A DNA stretch of 63,293 nucleotides, counting the filler, from Stramenopiles sp. TOSAG23-3 (Eukaryota): assembly GCA_900128585.1 (NCBI GenBank). It is 15 parts of 15 records of this genome, joined end to end, with 100 filler letters (N's around TTAATTAATTAA, not from the genome) between each part and the next. Parts side by side here need not be neighbours in the genome. Positions count along the whole stretch, not along the records: positions 48,305 to 53,548 come from LT643572.1; positions 53,649 to 58,892 come from LT643573.1; positions 58,993 to 59,993 come from LT646746.1; positions 60,094 to 61,093 come from LT646747.1; positions 61,194 to 62,193 come from LT646748.1; positions 62,294 to 63,293 come from LT646749.1; 9 more parts are not named here. One strand, given 5' to 3'. The notes below the pieces were generated by a model. That model was given only the letters and a program-made list of their open reading frames with translations. It made no database searches and was not told the origin of the DNA. This document shows, in pieces, positions 53,212 to 63,293 of this stretch (position 1 is its first letter; every line of letters starts with the position of its first letter). A program made the position numbers and the translations under genes.

Positions 53212-53548
53212 TCAATGGCCGTTGTTAATCTCTGTCAACGAAGTATTCACTTTCAACGCCTCTGCAACATATTTTGCCCCTTCAGCACCAATAATGTTCA
53301 AGTTCAAAGTAATCTCTGTCAACGAAGTATTCACTTTCAACGCCTCTGCAACATATTTTGCCCCTTCAGCACCAATGTTCATACTGTACAAACTAATCTT
53401 TGTCAACGAAGTATTCACTTTCAACGCCTCTGCAACATATTTTGCCCCTTCATCACCAATTTCGTTACCGTCCAAATGAATCTCTGTCAACGAAGTATTC
53501 ACTTTCAACGCCTCTGCAACATATTTTGCCCCTTCAGCACCAATGTTG
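53212..53548 (-). CDS. 3' fragment of RNI-like (NLRC3-type) LRR protein built from 84-bp tandem repeats
   Basis: 28-aa unit IGAEGAKYVAEALKVNTSLTEIxLxxNx; DNA units start at 53227, 53311, 53395 and 53479. Confidence 0.85.
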
Positions 53549-53897
53549 NNNNNNNNNNNNNNNNNNNNNNNNNNNNNNNNNNNNNNNNNNNNTTAATTAA
53601 TTAANNNNNNNNNNNNNNNNNNNNNNNNNNNNNNNNNNNNNNNNNNNNAAAAAAATGATTATCAAAAAAATAGTAAGAGAGTGTGTTTGTTCTTTGTTTG
53701 TTCTTTATTTGTTCGACGATTAAAAATAGAAAGTGCATGTTTTCATTTTGTAAGAAAATAGGTTTTAACCGCTAATTTATCGCAACGCATTCATAATGTA
53801 TTAGAAAAAGAAAGATATGATTGAATAGATTGTTTTTGTATAGATCTGAAGCGAACAATAAAAAGCTGTCGTTGTAGAACAAACAATACAGTTGAAG

Positions 53898-54461
53898 ATG
53901 GAGGAGGGCAAGACGTGCGAGCTGCACTGCGAACCTGGTGACGGACTGTTTGAAAAGAGTGTACAGTCAAATTCCCTTGGTGGTGCAAATGTTTTGTCTC
54001 GTATGTCGTACGGGAAGAGTGCGTTGCCGAGCACAACGAGAGAATTACTATCGCTTCGGAGCGGCCACGACGCCATTGGGTTCCCTATTTTATCCCTTTT
54101 CAAGGACTTGCTGGGAGACATTTTGGGATTTTTGGATTACAAGTCGCTTGCTATTCTATTTGTCGTGTCCAAGAACATGTCGTTAGTCGCGCGCAGTAAC
54201 GAATTTTGGAAGGCCCTGAGCGTTCATTACTACAGTGATTCTATAGAGCCTGGGTTTTCAATCCAAAATTGGCTATTGGAATTCAAATACGTGAGGGAAA
54301 AAATGAAGCGAACCAGAGATTATCCACGATTGTTTTCGCAGGGCTTGTACGGGAGACTCCCGTCATTGGTGCGAATGTCTACGATCGAAAGCGGTGGGCC
54401 AGCAGGGCATTCCTTGTTTGATATTCCTGAAGTTGGAATACCGCACAATTCCCATGAATAG
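53898..54461 (+). CDS. F-box domain protein
   Basis: PILSLFKDLLGDILGFLDYKSLAILFVVSKNMSLVARSNEFWKAL fits the F-box consensus. Confidence 0.75.
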   Translation: MEEGKTCELHCEPGDGLFEKSVQSNSLGGANVLSRMSYGKSALPSTTRELLSLRSGHDAIGFPILSLFKDLLGDILGFLDYKSLAILFVVSKNMSLVARSNEFWKALSVHYYSDSIEPGFSIQNWLLEFKYVREKMKRTRDYPRLFSQGLYGRLPSLVRMSTIESGGPAGHSLFDIPEVGIPHNSHE

Positions 54462-55606
54462 TCACATCCAAAACGTTTGCATTTGCATTTGCATTTGCAT
54501 TTTCCTAGTCTGTCTGTACAAAAGAAAAAATAATCTATGGGAACATGTTCCCCCCCCCCCTAATTATTCATGGAATGGAAAGAATCGGTAATGAGATATT
54601 TTTATTGACACTGCTTTGTACTTGGTATGTGCCTATAATAGTATATAGATGTTCGATTTCATTCAAAAATAAAACCCTAATATTAACAACTGTCTTTGAG
54701 ATTAGATTATGACGTAAATGAGAGTTCTTATGACGTAGTACGTAAATATCAAGAAATTATAGTTTGTGAAATTCTTATTATTTTTTTAATGCGTCGTCAT
54801 CGATCATTACCATACGCACAGCATGCAGCCCAGATTTATAGTGCTGATTATTCATTGTTTTGTAGTCCTACGTCGTATTCAATAGTCGAGAAATATATAA
54901 ATAACAAGAAGGACAATTAATAAAGCATCTATGCTATCTACCTGTACCTGGTTCCGAACCTTTTTTATTGCTTGTAAAATAACCCATACTGTATCAATGT
55001 AACCCAATATTTCAGCAGCACAAACAACAACAAAAAAAAAAAGGAAGAAGGAAGAAGAAAAATAATACTGTAATTCTTTTTTTTTTTTATATTCTTTTTT
55101 TTCCGATATAATACATAATCACAGCAGCAGCATCAATAATAAAAATAATAATAAATAATAAAATGATGGTGGTGCGGCGGTGCGGCGGTGGCGAGGAGAG
55201 AAGAAGCAACAACAATAAGAATAAATAATAATAATTTTTTAATATCCAATTGGAAATGAAATTAGTTCATACATTTATGAAAAGAAAGAATGGGATATAT
55301 TCAAATGACATTTATAACGAGAAAGAAAGGTTTGTTTTCAATTAAATAATTCTTTTCTCTCATATTTTGATCACGGTTCTCTGACTAACTACATCGAATA
55401 CCTTCCAACTATGTCGAGGATTGAGGCGGACCCAGTCGGGTACCTTCGCTCGTCCAGTTTCAACGGGGCCGCACCGGGGACGGAGGACCTTGGAAAGCAG
55501 TAGAGAAAAGGAAAATTCGACCAAGATGGTAGGTACATATTAGTCATTGTAGCTTGGACCAATATTTGAAGCCTTTTCTTGCTTTTGTACTGGTATTGGT
55601 TGAAGG

Positions 55607-56737
55607 ATGAACCAGAATATTGTAGTTTTGAATAGGGTGGGGACGGTAGCTAAGCGGAAAGCCAGTTCTCCGTCGTGGCCGTCCTTGGCGAAGCGTGCAT
55701 TTGGGAACCAGGGCAGTGGCGGCGACGGTGCCGATCAACCGTGGGAAAGGGTGCTCCCCGCGCGCAATGTGTACGCGGGAGATTCACCTCTTGCCTCGCC
55801 AGCGTTCATTAGCAGCCCAAAGACCGTTAGGGTTGTTGGCGCACCGATGACTCTTGGCCAGCCCCTTGCTGGCACAGACTTCGGCCCGGAGCTGGTGCGA
55901 GAAAAAGGGCTTGTCGCTGGGCTGGCTGGGCTTGACTGGCGCGTGGACGACCACGGCAACTTAATCTTGCCTACCACAGCGCCGGGGAACGCTGGCTTAG
56001 ACGCATCACTGGGAAAAGCAAAAAATTGTGTCGCGGTCGGGGAAGGCAATAAAGTGATTTACGAGCATTGTTTGAAAAGCGCAAACGACAGCATGTTTAC
56101 CCTGGTCGTCGGGGGGGACCACAGCATTGCGGTTGGCACCGTCGCAGCTGCGTTAAAGGCGCGCCCTGACGTTGGCATTGTGTGGGTCGACGCGCATGCA
56201 GATATGAATACCCCGGAGATAAGCCCGTCTGGAAACATGCATGGGATGCCCTTGGGCCTCTTGATGCATCTTATGGATCCAACCCTAATCCCAGGGTTTG
56301 AGTGGCTGAAGGACGTTCCCAAACTGAACCCAGACCAAGTGTCGTTTATTGGGCTGAGGGACGTGGACGGCGGGGAAGCACGGGCAATACGGAGCATGGG
56401 CATCCAGGCTTTTACCATGCACCACATCGATAAGTACGGCATCGGCGCAGTCGTAGAGAAGTCGTTGGCGCACTTGGATGGCCGCCCAATTCACATGTCG
56501 TACGACATTGATGCGGTCGATCCAGTGGAGGCACCGTCAACTGGAACGGTCGTTCGCGGCGGATTGACATTTAGAGAGGCCCATTACGTCGCAGAAGCGG
56601 TAAGTGACAGCGGCAACTTGGTCTCTATGGATATCGTTGAAGTAAACCCCCAGCTCTCCCCTGGGGACGGTGCTGATATGACGGCAGAAATGGGCCTTCA
56701 ATTGACGCTCTCTGCGATGGGAACTAGGATTTTGTAA
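55607..56737 (+). CDS. ARG: Arginase, with probable mitochondrial presequence (exact start uncertain)
   Basis: GGDHSIAVG, WVDAHADMNTP, SGNMHGMP, SYDIDAVDP, TGTVVRGGLTFRE, DIVEVNP. Confidence 0.96.
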   Translation: MNQNIVVLNRVGTVAKRKASSPSWPSLAKRAFGNQGSGGDGADQPWERVLPARNVYAGDSPLASPAFISSPKTVRVVGAPMTLGQPLAGTDFGPELVREKGLVAGLAGLDWRVDDHGNLILPTTAPGNAGLDASLGKAKNCVAVGEGNKVIYEHCLKSANDSMFTLVVGGDHSIAVGTVAAALKARPDVGIVWVDAHADMNTPEISPSGNMHGMPLGLLMHLMDPTLIPGFEWLKDVPKLNPDQVSFIGLRDVDGGEARAIRSMGIQAFTMHHIDKYGIGAVVEKSLAHLDGRPIHMSYDIDAVDPVEAPSTGTVVRGGLTFREAHYVAEAVSDSGNLVSMDIVEVNPQLSPGDGADMTAEMGLQLTLSAMGTRIL

Positions 56738-56997
56738 TCACCTCGCCCTTAACTTAAAAATATCATGACTCAAATTGTTTTTATCATATCTTGCCGTATG
56801 ATATATATGTTTTTTTTTAAAATTATAAAAAACAATTTAAAAAAAAAACAAATTATATAGTTTATTTTTTTAACAAGTTTTGTATCATATGCATAAATCT
56901 TAAATTTGAAACCAAAAAATAAAACCAAAATAACAGCCATTATTTTGTTTGTAAAACCAAAATAATGTATATAAGAATTATGCAGGGTACTTCACAA

Positions 56998-58304
56998 TCA
57001 CGAAATAGAAAGAAGGCTCTCTTCCAACCATTGGCGGTACCTGTCTGATATCGTGTCGAGGGAAAATGATACGACTTCAGGGCTGTCGTACGGGTGAGCT
57101 TCTTCTACGCTCCACTGCACCAATTGGAAGAGTTCTTTCCTGCTTTTGATCACGAGCAAAAGCTCTTTGTCCACCTCCAATCGCTCTTCCCACTTGTAAA
57201 TGGACTGCAGCCCGGGAACAATGTTAACGCATGCGGCCAACCTCTCGCGGACCAACTTTTCTCCAATGTCCTTGCCGACCTTCTCGGTGGGCACGGTCAC
57301 ATAGACAATATTGAAGCAGGTGTCTTTCAAATCTGTTGGCGTTTCCTTCCCCGATTGATTACGAAGAAACAACGTTTGGCGGTGAAAGTTCAAAATTTCC
57401 GTTGCAGGGTAGCCCCCATATGTACAGTTCCTGGCCAGATCGTTCATAACACCGCTTTTCGCAGCAATGCGCACGTTGTCGCCGATGGAAAGGTGCTGGG
57501 CAATACCGACTTGTCCCCCAATCATGACCTTCTCCCCCACGGTCGTGCTTCCTGCAATCCCGCTTTGGGCGGCCATCAGGCAGCCTTTTCCCAGCACAAC
57601 GTTGTGGCCTATCTGTATCAAATTGTCTAGTTTGCACCCGGAATGGATCGCCGTGTTTCTCCAACTGCCTCTATCTATCGTCGTGTTGGCCCCGATCTCC
57701 ACGTCATCGCCTATCGTAGCGCGCAGTTCTTGAGGTTTTTTTACATGGTTGGCGCTTCCGACTTCTTTATCTACGACAAAGCCAAACCCATCCTGCATTT
57801 ATGAAAGAACAACCGGGAAGGGAAAATCAAGTTAGTCACTCCGGAAACAGTGGCGGTGGAGAAACGAAGTAAGAGCAAACGAACGGTGCTCAGAGGGCAA
57901 AAAGCACGAGGTTTATTTCATCGTCCAAAAAGGCTCGTAAGTCTAGCATGGATACTAAGATGCGTTCATCATAGCGACCATCGTTGTGCACTGGGAGAGA
58001 GAGAGAAAGAAGGGAGCTTCTAAACACTTACCTGGCCAACTCGAACTCCAGAGTTGATGACCACCCGATGCCCCACGTCACAGTGCAAAAGTGTAGTATG
58101 GGGCGCTACTACACAATCGTCTCCTATAGTAACGCCGTCGCCCACGTACGCAAACGCACCAATACTACACCCCGCTCCAACCGAAGACGACTTACTAACG
58201 TACGCAGTGGGGTTTATGGTAGTTGTGGAAAGGCAGGCCCTGGCCACGGCCCCAAGCTTGAGGGCGGACCACTCACTCCCACTGAGAAACGCACGGAGCG
58301 CCAT
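56998..58304 (-). CDS. lpxD: LpxD-like hexapeptide acyltransferase fused to CutA1 domain; two exons 58304-58032 and 57792-56998 (about 355 aa)
   Basis: Presequence-like N-terminus, hexapeptide repeats, spliced [55 protein letters not shown]; then CutA motifs [50 protein letters not shown]. Confidence 0.92.
57793..58031 (-). other. Spliceosomal intron in lpxD-cutA (239 nt)
   Basis: CAG|GTAAGT donor, GACTAAC branch site (~57831-57837), TGCAG acceptor; phase 0; restores the conserved GQDGFG motif. Confidence 0.92.
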
Positions 58305-58544
58305 CTCTGGTTCAGTTTAAACAATCAACACAAGCTCATTCACAACCAATGCAATATCATATTCTAAAACATGGGATGGTATCAAATGACCATGCCCTTG
58401 AAACGCCTGGCAAGGGAGGAGTGGGCCTATTTCTATAGAGACATTATTTACTACACCTCCATCCCGTCGTACGTATATTTAGATAATAATAGGAGGAAGG
58501 AAGGGGATGGATGGGCTACGGTACGGTACTAAAATTTCTTCTAT

Positions 58545-58690
58545 TCTTCTTCCTTCTTCCTTCTTCTTCTTTCTTCTTCTTCTTCTTCTTCTTCTCTTTC
58601 TTCTTCTTCTTTTTCTTCTTCTTCTTCTTCTTCTTCTTTTTCTTCTTCTTTTTTCTTCTTCTTCTTTCTTCTTCTTCTTTTTCTTCTTCT
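58545..58690 (+). repeat. (TTC)n microsatellite
   Basis: Read directly. Confidence 0.95.
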
Positions 58691-58992
58691 AGACGAACTA
58701 TAGAGACTACTATAATAGATAGTGGTATTAAATTAAGTACAAAATGACCGGAGTGGTGCGCGAATGGACACAGCGTAACTAATAATGCTGTGTCTATAAC
58801 AAAATGATTGGGTGGTGGTACGGTAGGACTGGACAAAATAATCCACCTATAATTAAGGATATGTATCTATACGAATTATTTATGCTGTGTATNNNNNNNN
58901 NNNNNNNNNNNNNNNNNNNNNNNNNNNNNNNNNNNNTTAATTAATTAANNNNNNNNNNNNNNNNNNNNNNNNNNNNNNNNNNNNNNNNNNNN

Positions 58993-59993
58993 ATCGACCT
59001 GGCCGCTTTCCAAGTCCGACTGAGCTTCCGTCAAGCGTTCTTTTGCGGACACCTCTGATTGTAACGATTGGTCCCTTTTCAAGTTTGCAAGTCTCGATAG
59101 GGCTTTCTTCTTGATGCTGTCGGTGGAAGCGTCGTCTACTTCATCGGCATTCTTTCGGACTTCGTCCACCATCGGGTCCTTGGTGGCTGCTTGCTGTTTC
59201 TTCGGGTTTTTCATGTCGTCCAACATCTTCAACTGGGAGTCTAGGCCTCCGGCCGCCTCGACCGCGTGCTCTTCGCGAAGAAGGGGGTCCTCGCTGACCT
59301 GCAAAAAGATCGGCGTTTCCATAAGCGTCTTTTGGTTGTCTTTCAAGGTCTGCTTGGCACCCTTCTCTCCTTCGGCGGCGTCTTTGGCATCCCCTTCGGC
59401 TTTCCCTGCGTTCACGTCTTCCGCTTGGGCTTTGCCCGTCGCTGCGTCCATCTCGTGCTTGGCCTTGGCAATGTCGGCCTTGGCGGCACCGATGGCGCCC
59501 CGCGCTTCCTGAACCTGGGCTTCTATCGCCGACAGCCGAGACTTTTCCGCGTCAAGGCGTTCCTGGGCTTTATCCACCCTGTCTTGGGCAGCGCGTTTTT
59601 TAGACGAAACCCGATCCTCTTCGACGGCAACTTTCGCTTCGTAGCGGTCTTCGTACTTTTGCGCCGTCATGTTGAGGTCTTTTGAGACTTTATTGTACTG
59701 TTCCACCTTCTGTTTCTGCTTGTCAAAGTAGATGGAGTAACCCTGATGTTTCACATTAATTTCGTCGTACTTTCTCTTCTCCATGACGTACTCGCTCAGA
59801 ACGAGTGCAAGGTGTCCCTCTGCGCCCTTCAAGTTTTTGCTCGCCTTGGCATAGTTGTCGGTGGCCCTGTTGCGCGCAGCCACAGATGCGTTCCACGTCT
59901 CGTACGCTAGGTCAACGTCTTGGCGCTCCAACGCTTTCAGCTCTGCAACCCGGGTGATGTCTGCTGTGGACACTTCCGCGGGGTCAGCGCTGG
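58993..59993 (-). CDS. Internal fragment of an Ala/Glu/Lys-rich coiled-coil protein
   Basis: Frame open across essentially the whole 1-kb contig; heptad pattern. Confidence 0.7.
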
Positions 59994-60093
59994 NNNNNNN
60001 NNNNNNNNNNNNNNNNNNNNNNNNNNNNNNNNNNNNNTTAATTAATTAANNNNNNNNNNNNNNNNNNNNNNNNNNNNNNNNNNNNNNNNNNNN

Positions 60094-60365
60094 GCAGAAC
60101 CTGCCATGGCTGGGACACGATCCTCACGCACGAAGCTGCATACCTCAATGCTGGCCGGATTTGACTTAACAAGGCCTTCTATTAAATTTAATTTTTGATC
60201 CACGGTAAGCACAGCTTTCTCGTTCTGTAAACCGTCGCGAGGCGTAACCTCGTGAATGAAAAATTCCTGCATGCCACCAGACAACGATCGTCTAAAACTC
60301 GTTGGGGCACGCGAATTTTTGTACAACATTCTGGCCAATGGGTACATCTTCTCCGGCGTGTACAA
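60094..60365 (-). CDS. HMGCL: Hydroxymethylglutaryl-CoA lyase, 5' fragment with presequence
   Basis: IHEVTPRDGLQNEK..K..LI..L...IEVCSFV...VPAMA. Confidence 0.88.
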
Positions 60366-61193
60366 TGTACAGCAATAGTGACGTGTGCTGTTTGGATAAA
60401 GGAGGGCGTGGGAAATTTTGTATACATGAACCGATGGGGGGTAAAGAAAAGACCAGAAAATAAAGGAAGGTATACATTTGTATGCATGATGACATAATCT
60501 TTTTATTATTATTATATTATTTTTTTTTTCTAATAATAATAATAATTATTATTATTATTTTTTTTTATTTTATATTATTTTTTTATTAATAATAATAATA
60601 ATAATGACGCTCCCGCCTGTGCTGTTTCCTGTTCCTCTCTCGGCTGGCTTGTTTTGAATTAGTTGTTCGTTGTTTTTTGGACTTTTTCTTTTCTTCTTCC
60701 CCGCCGTCTTCTTCTTCTTCTTCTTCGCCTTTTTTTGAATTTGAAAATAATATTAGTCTACTACCTTGGTATTATAATATGATATAAATAATAAAGCTCT
60801 ATCTAAAAAAATTATTAATTATTCGTAACACACATCACCACCAGTATTTATGTAACGGTATAAACAGACGACGACTTAAATTTGGTAAAATAACTTTAAT
60901 ATAAATGTTTCTTGCATATTTTTCTAAACAAGCATATTCATTTGAAGGATTTCAAAACGCTTGGGTCTGCCATTGTGAGCCTAGAGGTTATTGGTGCGCT
61001 CGGTCAGTCGGTCTTGAATTTATGGCCAACGCAACCTTTTTAACATGTCACTTCTTGATAAAGCGATGGGCGCGAAAAAAAAGGAATATATCCNNNNNNN
61101 NNNNNNNNNNNNNNNNNNNNNNNNNNNNNNNNNNNNNTTAATTAATTAANNNNNNNNNNNNNNNNNNNNNNNNNNNNNNNNNNNNNNNNNNNN

Positions 61194-61658
61194 ATGAGCA
61201 ACCAGGTCGACGGGAAGGTAACGTTCGATGAGTTCAGGGCGTTTTGCAACGCGGTCGTCGAGGAGGCCGACGAGCGGAGCAGCTCCCGCGGCGGGAGCGT
61301 AGACGGCGACGAGCCATTGGACAGTTCCAGGATCAGCGCCCGCGCAGAATTCGATATGTCCAGGGACAAGACCCTGCGCTCGCTGTTCCGCACCCTTGGC
61401 GGTGGCGCCGAGGCCCCGATGACGAAGCGCCATGTGCTGAAATCGTTGCAAGCGGACCCGGCCGTTGGAAGCATGCTGTCGAAAGAGCCGTCGCTCGCCG
61501 CACTTGCCCGCCCGCAAACGTTCGGCGCGACGTTCGATTCTTTGGCAGTCTCTGGGAAGGACGGGGTCAGTGTGAACTGGTTGGAATTTCGCGCCTTCTG
61601 CACGAGTGTGGTGGACGAGGAGGACAGTGCCGCGGCGGTCACCAGCTACATGGTGTGA
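61194..61658 (+). CDS. 3' fragment of EF-hand-like repeat protein
   Basis: DGKVTFDEFRAFC and a repeated VNWLEFRAFC; LRSLFRTL helix. Confidence 0.65.
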   Translation: MSNQVDGKVTFDEFRAFCNAVVEEADERSSSRGGSVDGDEPLDSSRISARAEFDMSRDKTLRSLFRTLGGGAEAPMTKRHVLKSLQADPAVGSMLSKEPSLAALARPQTFGATFDSLAVSGKDGVSVNWLEFRAFCTSVVDEEDSAAAVTSYMV

Positions 61659-62293
61659 GAGGGAAAAAAACCAAAATGCGCAATATGATGTATCCGTAGG
61701 GTGTGTGTTTAATTAAAAAAACCCAACAAATGTAAGTTTCTGTTAAAAAATAAATCTCTCTAAAAATTAAAATTTACAACACAGGGGTACTCTTTTGTAG
61801 TGTTTAAGATAAATTATTGTAGGGTGTTCACACTTAAAACTTTTACGTGTATGTGAAACAAATTATATATGTGTTTCATATGTGAAAAAACAAATTATAT
61901 ACGTGTGTATGTGAAAAACAAATTATAGTATGTTTATGTGAGTATCATATGATATGATATGTGATATTTTGAAAACATTTTTAAAGAACTTTTAAAACTT
62001 TTAACCTCATCCAAACCTACACGGCTTGGCCCAACCGCTACCCTCGGATCCCCGATCCTACCAATGTCAATCCTCGAGCGAAGTGAAAGGGGGGTGGGAG
62101 GGAGGGGCCGCTGCTTGGCAAATCACACAAGGACTGCTTCATTTACGAGTTACGAGTGGGACACCGGATAAGAAAGCTGTGTAAAACGTCTTCNNNNNNN
62201 NNNNNNNNNNNNNNNNNNNNNNNNNNNNNNNNNNNNNTTAATTAATTAANNNNNNNNNNNNNNNNNNNNNNNNNNNNNNNNNNNNNNNNNNNN

Positions 62294-62474
62294 GAAGAGG
62301 AAATTTTCCATCTGGGAGCAGCAGTTTGAACAGCTCTTCTTCCGACATGTCTTCTTTCGACGCAGTGTCCCGTTCGTAGTCATCTATGCCACCCCGGGGG
62401 CCATCCTTAACATTAGTAAGAATCTTCTCCTGAGGCAACTCGCTGCCCCCGTCAGTTGCAGACACGATCTCCAT
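62294..62474 (-). CDS. 5' fragment of hypothetical protein
   Basis: ATG-initiated GC-richer ORF after AT-rich upstream DNA, running off the contig end. Confidence 0.5.
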
Positions 62475-63293
62475 TCCGTACTTTGTCCTGAAACACTAAA
62501 TCCAATCCCTCTTTTTATTCCCAAACGATAGATTAACAATCGACTTATTGCGCAATTACTTATTTTGACTAAAATTCCGTTTCCATCCCTAATTGATTCA
62601 TGTATGTTTATTTACAAAATGTACGTGTAGCTATTGTCTCCTTTAATACTGACTGTAGTACACTTTTTCTTTTGAAATACTCGTAATAAAAAGAAGTCGT
62701 CTGTTCTTTCTATCTTTTATTACTACATCTTAATTATTATGTAGTAAATAGTATTATAATACCAGGTAAGTAATGAGGAGGAGACGACGAAGTTCTCCAA
62801 TAATTAATAATAACCGTCGTCCATTGTTTTGTTATTTTTATTTATATGTTGTGTTCCTGTTAATTATTTTTATAATTCTTCTTCAATATTTATATTTCAT
62901 TTTTTTTAATTTTATTATTTATTATTTTTTTTTAACGTCTTAGCTGTAGTTATTACGAAGTACATAGTGTGTCCATATTATTGTTCATTATTATATTATA
63001 ATAATTTTTTGGTTTATTATTTTCTCTTCTTCTTCCTCCCTCCAGTAGTCTCCCGTGTCTTCCTCTGCCCTGATTTTGTAATTTGGATGGATTGAAGAAT
63101 AAAAATGATGATGAATCCACAATTCAACAACAATGATGAAGAAAAGAATGAGATTGAGAAGATGATGGTTTCTGTCGCTCTCCTCTCTCCTCCGCCCTCC
63201 GCTACCGGTACGGTATTAATACGGTACAGGTACCAGTAGCCCCTCTCCTCTGTCCCTCTGTCAAAAAATTATAATAGACTAAATAAATCTATT

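Noticed and set aside
55526-55615. Possible ATG-only first exon for arginase (ATG|GTAGGT ... CAG)
   Set aside because: Frame-compatible, but no clear branch point and an in-frame ATG exists at 55607; cannot be supported without transcripts.
55607-58304. Arginase, lpxD and cutA as bacterial contamination or an operon
   Set aside because: Genes are convergent, lpxD has a spliceosomal intron and presequence, and the gap carries the same 3' motifs as other host contigs.
58507-58836. Poly-K/E/F/L ORFs here and at 27907-28119 and 32015-32212
   Set aside because: Translations of (GAA/TTC)n microsatellites.

Overview
This is eukaryotic genomic DNA, not a prokaryotic locus. It consists of 15 unrelated assembly contigs joined by artificial 100-nt linkers (N44-TTAATTAATTAA-N44) and ordered by decreasing size (eleven of about 5.24-5.29 kb, four of about 1 kb), so adjacency across linkers means nothing. 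Intron-poor, GC-richer coding regions, very AT-rich intergenic DNA, (GAA)n microsatellites at contig ends, GT-AG introns and the axonemal gene DRC3 point to a flagellated protist (a stramenopile is plausible but is inference). Recognisable genes are eIF4G, an ATG2 C-terminal fragment, RIO2, DRC3, an FAD monooxygenase, two PLAC8 proteins, a NACHT/STAND-ankyrin protein, a TrpF-like barrel, exostosin GT47, PDCD4, organellar bL25, a secreted tandem-YHS protein, an ABCC transporter, LRR proteins, an IQ/C2H2 protein, an F-box protein, arginase, and HMG-CoA lyase and EF-hand fragments. The most notable observations are: (1) one ORF that appears to encode two complete surface proteins in tandem, each with signal peptide, different head, duplicated Cys-rich stalk and GPI-type tail; (2) a spliced, presequence-bearing LpxD-CutA fusion; (3) a 5.2-kb contig bounded by perfect 79-bp inverted repeats around two inward-facing ORFs; (4) a dispersed motif, AATAACAGCCAATTTTYTTGTTT, seen only at gene 3' ends. 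All family calls come from motif recognition by eye; no database searches were run.
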